DNA of 63,119 nucleotides, filler included, from Stramenopiles sp. TOSAG23-2 (lineage: Eukaryota): NCBI GenBank assembly GCA_900128395.1. It is 12 parts of 12 records of this genome, joined end to end, with 100 filler letters (N's around TTAATTAATTAA, not from the genome) between each part and the next. Parts side by side here need not be neighbours in the genome. Positions count along the whole stretch, not along the records: positions 24,235 to 30,188 come from LT650555.1; positions 30,289 to 36,234 come from LT650556.1; 10 more parts are not named here. The stretch is one strand, 5' to 3'. A program made the position numbers and the translations under genes. The notes under the pieces were generated by a model, which worked only from the letters and a program-made list of their open reading frames with translations, had not been told where the DNA came from and made no database searches. Positions 24,240 to 33,059 of the stretch are shown here, piece by piece (positions within the stretch are counted from its first letter, which is position 1; each line of letters starts with the position of its first letter).

Positions 24240-24306
24240 TTACTCATGATAATTCCTACTCTCCAGAAAGAATACAATAACTGAGACAATAATATCTATC
24301 TCACTA
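24240..24306 (+). repeat. Dispersed 3'-flank repeat family A, copy 2
   Basis: TACTCATGATAATTCCTACTCTCCAGAAAGAATACAATAACTGAGACAATAATATCTATCTCAC. Confidence 0.85.
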
Positions 24307-24488
24307 AACTGAAGGATGGACAATATGAATCGTAACATTGCGATAGAGTTCATTGAAATTCACAGAGTGTGCCAATATTTTTAAGATATATAAAAACATT
24401 GGTGGAGGTAAATAGATGCAATTAACACATTATATGCATCAATTGAAAACCGTGTATTGTTCAAAGAGTTATATATGCATAATTTTTT

Positions 24489-25967
24489 TTAAAAACCAAA
24501 CATATTCCCAGCATATGCCATAGGTCTAATTGGCGGATGTGGTACAGCAGTAAATTTCACATAAGATGGTTCACAACTGCAATTAAATTTAATAATTGCA
24601 CCTTTATTACCCATTTGATCGCAATAATTTGGAGCACTGAAAACGGTAACTAATCTTCCATCATGTTCTACAAGATAACCTTCATCTCGTACTTCATGCG
24701 ATCTGACAATCATACTTAAACCATTTGAATCCAAAAATTGTTTCGTAATATCAGGTCCAAATGCCAAACCAACACCACGTTTAGACGGCCCACGACCTGG
24801 AAATGGCTGTGGATCGGACCATAAAATATCTGACATGATACCACTTTCTGGCGGTTCACGATTTCTTACAACTTTACGTATATCATCCAATTTTACATTG
24901 TCTTCTTTAAATAAACCCCCATGTACGACAAATATTTTATCATTAATTACATGTGCAAGAGGTAACCATTGGAATACTTCTTCAAATAATTTCATGATTT
25001 TATCATCGTATTTATGCTTCACCTCGCCAGTGAACCCATATACTTTATTCATAGCAACCGTTTCATGATTGCCTCTTGCCATGTAAAATGCAGTAGGATA
25101 TAAAAGTTTATATGCGAAAAATGTAATAACAACTTCAAAGGAAAATGATCCACGATCCACGAAATCACCATTAAATAAATATGGATTTGTCGGTGATGGT
25201 GGTTCATTAATATCAAATATGTTTAACACATCGTAATATTGTCCATGCGTATCTCCACATACGTTAAAATGTGGTGCTTCTGGATTTACGGTACCTTCCC
25301 CAAATTCAATATTAATCAGGGATTTTTGCTTTTTCAAGAACTTGAGACATTGCAATAATATTTTAATAACATATTTACGATGAAGTTGCTTTTGTCCTTT
25401 TAAATGTTTCTTCAGTTCCTCCACAAATTCTAAAGTAATTTTCTCCGTATCAAATCGTGGCCCATCATATGAATCGTTTACAGCTATATCATCCAAATTA
25501 ATAGACTCGCTAAATTTCTTCTCACCTTCCGATTCAATGGCTTTTTCAAATGCAATTTTTCTTAATTCATTTTTACAATATTGTAATTTTTTCCTAGCGT
25601 CTCGATCTCTTGGTTTTAACTTACAAACTTGTTTAAAAATTTTTTGTGCCGCTTTTAGTTTTCCAAGCGCTAGTTTAGCAGATGCTAAACGATAATGGCC
25701 TTTTATATAACTTGAATCAAGACCAATAGCTTCCTTTGCATCTGCAATTGCAAGACCAAAACTTTCAATTTTTAGAAAACAAAATGCTCGGTTACTATAT
25801 AAAACTGCCGTTGGGAAAACTTCTATTCCTTTTGAATATTGTTCAATAGCGTCAGGCCAATTATTCAATTTAAAAGATTCATTACCAGCAGTTTTAAATT
25901 CATTTGCTTTTTTTAATAATTCTTCGTTTTCACCATCATTATTATTATCTATTGCAAGAGTTGCCAT
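24489..25967 (-). CDS. PPP5C: Serine/threonine protein phosphatase 5 (TPR + PPP domain)
   Basis: Three N-terminal TPRs; GDTHGQ, NGDFVDRG, RGNHE, HGG, WSDP, RSHE and SAPNYC motifs; PP5-type C-terminus VPHPPIRPMAY. Confidence 0.97.
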   Translation of the reverse strand: MATLAIDNNNDGENEELLKKANEFKTAGNESFKLNNWPDAIEQYSKGIEVFPTAVLYSNRAFCFLKIESFGLAIADAKEAIGLDSSYIKGHYRLASAKLALGKLKAAQKIFKQVCKLKPRDRDARKKLQYCKNELRKIAFEKAIESEGEKKFSESINLDDIAVNDSYDGPRFDTEKITLEFVEELKKHLKGQKQLHRKYVIKILLQCLKFLKKQKSLINIEFGEGTVNPEAPHFNVCGDTHGQYYDVLNIFDINEPPSPTNPYLFNGDFVDRGSFSFEVVITFFAYKLLYPTAFYMARGNHETVAMNKVYGFTGEVKHKYDDKIMKLFEEVFQWLPLAHVINDKIFVVHGGLFKEDNVKLDDIRKVVRNREPPESGIMSDILWSDPQPFPGRGPSKRGVGLAFGPDITKQFLDSNGLSMIVRSHEVRDEGYLVEHDGRLVTVFSAPNYCDQMGNKGAIIKFNCSCEPSYVKFTAVPHPPIRPMAYAGNMFGF

Positions 25968-26330
25968 TTTTTATGTTAGTGGCGGTGGCGTTTGTCAGTT
26001 AGTGTGTTTGTTATTTTGTATATGTATATGATTATGTATATATGCATGTATTTCCATTTTGAATGTCTACATTTGAACATTTGAACCTACTATATAAACT
26101 ATAATATATGATGAAATGAATTAATAAATAACAACCACCACATTCTAATTCTGTATTATTATATTTTAAGCTGGGCAGCTCTCCAGCTCTCCAGGCTGGC
26201 AGGCCAGGCTCTCCTGGCTCTCTTCTCTGGCTCTCCAGGGTCTCCAGGCTCTCTCTGGCTCTCCAGCTCTCTTACTCGATCCCCTCATCTTCGAGGCTCC
26301 AATCCAATACCAACTTTACACCGACATCTT

Positions 26331-27533
26331 TTAAAAAAAGGTTATGCTTTTAAAAAGGGGCGTTTACATACAGGCTGGAAAAAACGCTTTTTTGAACTTA
26401 TGGATGACGGCCATCTTGTTTATAGATCACATCAAAATGGTAAAGTGCTTGGCGATTTGTATATAACAAAAGATACTAGAATAGAAATGCTTGAAAAAAA
26501 CAAAAGCTTAACAGATATTATAATTGGAAATAGTAGTAGTAATAATAATAATAAAGCAGATAATAGTAGTAATAATAACACAAGTGTCCATCATCATAGT
26601 AGTAATAATGGCCATGGCAATATTACAAGCAATGGGGATCACAATAACAATAGCCAAGATAATGTAAAGAAAATGAATTATAATGTGAAAAATAGTTCCC
26701 CTAAAAAAAATGAAAAATTGTCAAAAAACAGCTTTAAACTTTTAATTATTACTCCAGAAAGAAGTCTCAAATTAAAATTTAGTACTATTTTAGAAAAACA
26801 ACAATGGTACGTTGTTTTGGTTCATGTTATAAAATTGAAGTCTAGGAATAATAGTAATAGAACACGATTATCCGTTTATGACCTGAAGTTGGAACATCAA
26901 GCAACAGGGTATAAAAGTTCCATCAATAGATTGTTAGATAGTTGTAACAAAGCTGTAAAAACATTTACAGCATGTGGAAGATCTGTTCGTGATTTACAAA
27001 ATTATCAATTGAAAATGACGTTAAATTCTTCAATTGAACATGCGCACCGTCTTATATGTCTCTGTATCAAAGAAATGGCATTAGGCCGTGAAATTTTGCA
27101 GAATACGAGAGATCCTGATAAAATGTTTAGAACCGTTTCAAGGATACAAGAAGCTTGCTTATCAGCTAGTTTTTCCAGCCTTTCAGCTGCATGGAAAATA
27201 ACGTCATGGCTTATGGTGGATTCATGGAGCGGAAGTACATTTGCAACTTCAACATTAGATAATTCAGGAAGGTTTGAAGGTGATGTGTCTCGTGGTTTAT
27301 GTAAATTAATGTTAGAAATTTTTCAAACATCTAGTAATGAATTGTTGTTAGATGTTATGGAAATTAGTACAATATCAAATCAAGGTAGTGGTAAATTAGA
27401 TATTGGTAATAATGAAATTAATAATCAAACAAACAATGCCGATGATGCTACTAATACTACAAACAATACAATTAGAAAATTACGGACTTCGATTGAATTA
27501 CTTAATCAAGCTAAGGCGAGACTTGATGCGTGA
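26331..27533 (+). CDS. PH-domain protein; true start unresolved
   Basis: In-frame LKKGYAFKKGRLHTGWKKRFFEL lies upstream of the annotated ATG; the C-terminal PH elements (FKLLIITPERSLKL...EKQQWYVVL) follow an Asn-rich insert. Confidence 0.75.
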   Translation, partial: LKKGYAFKKGRLHTGWKKRFFELMDDGHLVYRSHQNGKVLGDLYITKDTRIEMLEKNKSLTDIIIGNSSSNNNNKADNSSNNNTSVHHHSSNNGHGNITSNGDHNNNSQDNVKKMNYNVKNSSPKKNEKLSKNSFKLLIITPERSLKLKFSTILEKQQWYVVLVHVIKLKSRNNSNRTRLSVYDLKLEHQATGYKSSINRLLDSCNKAVKTFTACGRSVRDLQNYQLKMTLNSSIEHAHRLICLCIKEMALGREILQNTRDPDKMFRTVSRIQEACLSASFSSLSAAWKITSWLMVDSWSGSTFATSTLDNSGRFEGDVSRGLCKLMLEIFQTSSNELLLDVMEISTISNQGSGKLDIGNNEINNQTNNADDATNTTNNTIRKLRTSIELLNQAKARLDA

Positions 27534-27663
27534 AGTATGCATATTTAATCTGGTACAATTTACTCCCTGCCCTCTTCGTACTTTTCTCCAATAGAAGGTT
27601 GATTAATATCTATTTACCTCAAATCGGTAATTTCTGTATTACAGGGAGTTATTGACACATTTT

Positions 27664-27732
27664 GTGAGATAGATATTAATATTGGCTCAAGTCTCTGTAT
27701 TCTTTTGAGAGTAGGAATTGTCATATGGGTAT
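27664..27732 (-). repeat. Dispersed 3'-flank repeat family A, copy 3
   Basis: Reverse complement reads ATGACAATTCCTACTCTCAAAAGAATACAGAGACTTGAGCCAATATTAATATCTATCTCAC. Confidence 0.8.
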
Positions 27733-28017
27733 AGAAATAAAAAAAATTTTTATACCGTATAAAAATATTTTTAGACACTTTATTGAAAAAATTTTTCACG
27801 CATACATTTATATTTTTTATAGTACGGTTCGCAATAAAATATATAATATGCGTATATCATTAGGTGAACATACAGCTTTTCTTTCTTTCTTTCTTTCGCT
27901 TCTTGTGTTACTAGTACTCAATTTTACAAGGACACAAATACAACTGTAAGGAACATTCAGCAATTGCAAACAATATTAATAGTATGTAGATATGTGTATA
28001 ATATATTATATAAACTA

Positions 28018-29679
28018 TTAAAATTCACTTGGGCCATTCCTTTCAAGACCTAAATCGGACCATACAACTTTCAATGATTCAATTAAGCTATAAATCATCT
28101 CCTCTGAATGAGCTGATGATGGTGTTAAGCGTAAACGCTCCATGCCTTTCGGAACAGTTGGATAATTAATTGGCTGTACATATATCTTGTGTTCATTCAA
28201 TAATTTTTGACACGCTTTTGTACAAAGTTCTGAATCACCAATAAGCAAAGGAATAATATGTGATTCTGTTGGCATCAAATTAAATGCATTTTCACGAAGT
28301 AATCGTTGAAGTAAATATGCATTGTTATGCATACGTGTTCGTTCATGATCTGAATTTTTCAAGTGTTTTACGGACTCTAATGCTGCACCAGCAACTGGTG
28401 GAGGCATTGATGTCGTAAATATAAAGCCACTTGCACATGAACGAACTGCATCTACCATTGCGGATGATCCAGCAATGTAACCCCCACTCACACCAAACGC
28501 TTTTCCAAGGGTTCCAGTGATAATATCCATATGATCTAACACACCGTCCCGTTCTGCAACGCCAGCACCACGCTCTCCATACATACCAACTGCATGAACT
28601 TCATCTACGAAAGTCATTGCACCATAATGTCTGGCAACAGCAGCCAGCTCGGTTAATGGTGCAATAGTGCCTTCCATTGAATTGACACTTTCAAATGCTA
28701 CAATTTTTGCACGGTTTGGATCACATTCACGCAACAATCTTTCTAAATGAGCTACATCGTTGTGTCGATATATTTTTTTCTCCACACGCGAATGTATTAT
28801 GCCTTGTATCATGCTAGCATGGTTATATTCATCTGAAAAAATAATTGCATCTGGAAGCATTTGTAAAAGTGTAGTTAACGTTGTATCATTTGCAACGTAA
28901 CAGGATTGAAATACTAATGCAGCTTCTTTGTCATGCAAATCAGCCAATTCTTTCTCTAGTAGCACGTGGTAATGATTTGTACCAGCAATATTACGAGTAC
29001 CACCAGCACCAACGCCACATTCATCAATTACATTTTTCATACCTTCACTTACAACAGGGTGTTGTCCCATACCTAAATAATCATTACTACACCAAGTAAT
29101 CACTTCGTCAACTTCTTCGTTGTCATCGTTATAAAATTTTGCATACGGGTATCTACCTTTCTGGCGTTTCAACTCCGCAAATATGCGATAACGACCTTCG
29201 TCTTTGATTGTATCAATGGTATTTTGAAACACATCATTACACTTCTCGTGGCTAAAATTCGATGTTAGACCAACATCAAGTCCACGAACAGTACGTGAGA
29301 CCATTAAATCCACTTCGTCCTTTATTTTACGATTTTTTAAAAAAGTAGAGATGGAACTTTCTGAAAAAACGGCTGTGTCTGTAATTTCCTCCTCCTTCTC
29401 TTTGGCTTTCATACTTAAAAGATATGGGCAACCGTGTGATGCACCTTCTTGCAAACCATGCACTGCTAAAAATGGACAGCGTGCATTGGTATCTGGCTGT
29501 TGTTCCTCACGTTGTTGTTGTTGTTGTTGTTGGACCATAGAGTAAGAGCTACTGCTACTACTACTACTGCTACTCATGCCTCTTTTACCTTGATTAGCAG
29601 CCATATCAAACGCACGTTTTGATTGTCTTAAAGATCGCATGACTTTTGCAGTTAATGCTGACATTTGCGATGGAGCCAT
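28018..29679 (-). CDS. HEM1: 5-aminolevulinate synthase, mitochondrial
   Basis: [47 protein letters not shown] (PLP Lys) and [11 protein letters not shown]; a presequence with Cys-Pro motifs. Confidence 0.97.
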   Translation of the reverse strand: MAPSQMSALTAKVMRSLRQSKRAFDMAANQGKRGMSSSSSSSSSSYSMVQQQQQQQREEQQPDTNARCPFLAVHGLQEGASHGCPYLLSMKAKEKEEEITDTAVFSESSISTFLKNRKIKDEVDLMVSRTVRGLDVGLTSNFSHEKCNDVFQNTIDTIKDEGRYRIFAELKRQKGRYPYAKFYNDDNEEVDEVITWCSNDYLGMGQHPVVSEGMKNVIDECGVGAGGTRNIAGTNHYHVLLEKELADLHDKEAALVFQSCYVANDTTLTTLLQMLPDAIIFSDEYNHASMIQGIIHSRVEKKIYRHNDVAHLERLLRECDPNRAKIVAFESVNSMEGTIAPLTELAAVARHYGAMTFVDEVHAVGMYGERGAGVAERDGVLDHMDIITGTLGKAFGVSGGYIAGSSAMVDAVRSCASGFIFTTSMPPPVAGAALESVKHLKNSDHERTRMHNNAYLLQRLLRENAFNLMPTESHIIPLLIGDSELCTKACQKLLNEHKIYVQPINYPTVPKGMERLRLTPSSAHSEEMIYSLIESLKVVWSDLGLERNGPSEF

Positions 29680-30615
29680 ATTTATATTTGAAAATTTTGA
29701 AGAAAAAAAGTAGTCGTGTGCGTGTATGAGTGTGTGCGTGTATGAGTGTGTGCGTGTATTTGAAGATACTTTTAGTACTTATTGATTTGTATCAGATAAT
29801 TTAATATTTTTTATTTTATAATAAACATGTATTATAAATATATAATAATGAATAATTGCACAATTGTGTATTTATTCATATTATGTCCTACCTCCTAGCT
29901 AGCCCAGCTAGCTACCTCCTACAGTATATTCCTTATGCTATTCTTTTGATCTCTCGCGTGCCAACACTACTAGGCCAACTGGCAACTGCATAAAACAAAG
30001 TACGAATCGAGTGTTGTATAATATCTTGTATCATCCTATAAAATATCCTGGCTGGGCTGGCCCCAACAGGCACAGCTGCCCAGACGACAGCTGGACAGCA
30101 AGGAGAGTTGGAGAGCCAGAGAGAGCTGGTACAAGATGTGGACTTGGCACCTATGAAAATTTAGTATTCTTATTTGCACTTAAATAAANNNNNNNNNNNN
30201 NNNNNNNNNNNNNNNNNNNNNNNNNNNNNNNNTTAATTAATTAANNNNNNNNNNNNNNNNNNNNNNNNNNNNNNNNNNNNNNNNNNNNAAAAAAACACTA
30301 TTGCTGCAAAGCCCATCAAGCTCATCCCAATTTGTGCCCATTTTATCCTAAATCTCAAGCTGTCGTCATCGTCAACAGCCTCTTCCTTCCCTAAAACTGT
30401 AACACTACGAGAACACCAGGTGGTATACCAGTATACGAGGATACGCCTCGTAGTAATAAATTATGCGTAAATTAAAATATATTTTTATTTTAAAATATCT
30501 CATTTAATTTAGTATGATAGGTATGTATTTAAATATTTCTCGTATCATATGCATATATCATTATTATTGAGCATATTACTTAGCACGGGAAGTAAAATTA
30601 TTATCATATAACACT

Positions 30616-30633
30616 TTAGATTTTAACCATCAT
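30616..30633 (+). repeat. Dispersed 3'-flank motif family B (TTAGATTTTAA[A/C]CATCAT)
   Basis: Other copies at about 36420-36437 (-), 42019-42036 (-) and 61899-61915 (+), all downstream of stop codons. Confidence 0.7.
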
Positions 30634-30827
30634 TAATATTTTTAATACTTTTCTCGTATCATACTCACAGAGACAGACAGAGAAAATAATCTACGAAGCC
30701 GTAATTTATAAAAAGTATACTCGCCGCGATTAATTTTTAATTCTCAAATAAAATTTCATCTCCTTCTGACAATACACATTTGCGTGAATAATATAGCTAA
30801 TTGATTACACGCTCCGTATATTACACT

Positions 30828-32324
30828 CTAATGATGATGTTTTCCATGTTCTCCATGATTCAATGGTACTGCATTGTCTTCATTAAATTCTTCTACCAAT
30901 ACTTTAATATGTCTCAATACTTGACGTAACTTGTAGACATCGCTATCTTTCTTTTCTCCTGAGACTTTCTGAATCTTTACCTGTGATATTTGTTCTTCAA
31001 ATTTATCAAAAAACCATTTAACATCCGATTTAAATTCTTTTGTTGATTCTATTTCATGCGATAACTTATGTTTAGATTCATAAATACCATGAATTACACG
31101 TATGTATCTCAATACACGAAACAAAATTAAGAATTGTATAGCATTATTGATACTATAATCTTCAAATTTATGAAATATTACTACAAGTTCAAATATTAAA
31201 CTAACATAAACGACTATAAAGTCTAATATGTGCGGTTTATGATGCCATTCAATATCAAGAATTCCTTGTTTAGCACCCTTCGGCTTAGAAATAACAATTC
31301 TTGGTACATCGTGCATAGTTTTTCCACCTTTATCAAATGTTACATCAATATCTCCAGTTGCAACATTAATGTGGTGAACGATACCTTTATGTATTGTTGT
31401 GGCACTCTCGGAATCATCTGCATATGCTATAACTTCAACAGCTTCACCCTCTTTAATTTTCCTATAACATGAGCAAAAAAATTGCTTGGGTCCAAATACG
31501 TAAATCGAGAATAACAATTCAATTGCAAATAGTATTAAAATACTTAAGCTAAGCCAATGGACGAATTGTTCTACGAGTTCATGTGTCAAGTGTGGTCGAA
31601 ATGATGGTGGTGGTCGATAGCAATTTGGCAAAGTTGGACCATGGCCACCACTACCTGTCGTTGATGATAGAAGAAACCGTCTGCGATAGCTACTACCGCT
31701 TGATGATGAAGTATGGCTGTCTCCTGTCAACACGGTGTGATTATAATGTGCGTCAAAACATGCCTGATTACTTTTAAATGGACTAAAACCTTTAGCAATC
31801 AGTCCGTACTGTGTACAACACTCTGTTAATTTTTCTGCATTTGTGACAGTATGACTATCGGCGCATACATAATTTGATGGGACATACAACGTGCCGGGTT
31901 GTGTCTTGTAGTTAAATGATGGTTCAATGATACGATCGGCAAACAGAATTTCCATGATGACGCATAAAACGTCAATAGCCAATAACATTACGACCAACCA
32001 CCGCACAAAAGTGCTTTCTAATTTATGAAATAAGTGAGTTCTTACTTCAGCATCTGATTTACCACAACATTTTGAATCCCTTCGAATATGCACGCCATCG
32101 TGTATTAAATGCTCATCATTAACATACATACTGTTGAATTTATTTTCCGTACGTTTTTTTGCTGTTGATGTATCTCCAAGAAGGACAAAAGAACTTCGTC
32201 TCTCACCATCTTCTTGTTGTCTAGAATTTGATCTCTCACGACGGTGTTCTTCTTTTTTCTTTTCTAAAAAATTTTTACTAGAATCACTAACTTTCAATTC
32301 AAATCTTGTCTCGTCCGTCGCCAT
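30828..32324 (-). CDS. Voltage-gated proton channel (Hv1-like, voltage-sensor-only protein) with loop insertions
   Basis: S1 LVVMLLAIDVLCVIMEI (selectivity Asp), S2 SLSILILFAIELLFSIY, S3 HILDFIVVYVSLIFE, S4 ILFRVLRYIRVIHGI (three Arg); no pore domain; helical C-terminus. Confidence 0.85.
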   Translation of the reverse strand: MATDETRFELKVSDSSKNFLEKKKEEHRRERSNSRQQEDGERRSSFVLLGDTSTAKKRTENKFNSMYVNDEHLIHDGVHIRRDSKCCGKSDAEVRTHLFHKLESTFVRWLVVMLLAIDVLCVIMEILFADRIIEPSFNYKTQPGTLYVPSNYVCADSHTVTNAEKLTECCTQYGLIAKGFSPFKSNQACFDAHYNHTVLTGDSHTSSSSGSSYRRRFLLSSTTGSGGHGPTLPNCYRPPPSFRPHLTHELVEQFVHWLSLSILILFAIELLFSIYVFGPKQFFCSCYRKIKEGEAVEVIAYADDSESATTIHKGIVHHINVATGDIDVTFDKGGKTMHDVPRIVISKPKGAKQGILDIEWHHKPHILDFIVVYVSLIFELVVIFHKFEDYSINNAIQFLILFRVLRYIRVIHGIYESKHKLSHEIESTKEFKSDVKWFFDKFEEQISQVKIQKVSGEKKDSDVYKLRQVLRHIKVLVEEFNEDNAVPLNHGEHGKHHH

Positions 32325-33059
32325 GTTTGATAATAAAATATTGTGATTATTATTATTCTAATATTTGTTTATAATGTATTGTTTCTATTTTTATTCCAGG
32401 GAAAAGAGGGAGGAGGACTTTGTGTATGTATCTCTCTCTGTGCCGGATACATTATATTACCTACTAATAGTCGTCAGAAAAAAGATTTGTGTTTTTTTTT
32501 TTTTGTGGACCGACGACCGACGACGAATAAGTTAAAGTTCAATAGCAATACTATATACCTGGTATTATACAGGTAGCTTACCTAATATAAGTGCCGACAA
32601 AAAGAAGACGAAAGAAAAAAGACGACGCCTTCTGATTAGACCTCCTCGTAATCTACCCTATTAAATATCACAATAAATTAGTATAGTAGCTACGTACTTT
32701 ATTAGTACAAATCTAAAATTGATTGATGAGTGGACTTTGTATACAAAGTAACCAAATATATTTGGTTCAAAACACACACTCGTGCACTCGAAAATAATCC
32801 AAAACACACACTAGAAATTTATTGAAAACCTGAAAACCGATTAATTTGTGTATTTGATAGGTAAATATAGTGTTTAAGTATAATAAAAAATTTGTACCGA
32901 AAATTTACGACTGGCCGGCACAGTAAAAAAATTATATCGGGTACGTTCGCGTATTTTATTTATTTTTTTACGAGCTTCGTATATAAAAATAAAAATATAT
33001 TACGCCGTAATAAAAAAATGAAACACTCATTTTTATATATACTACAACACATAACACTC

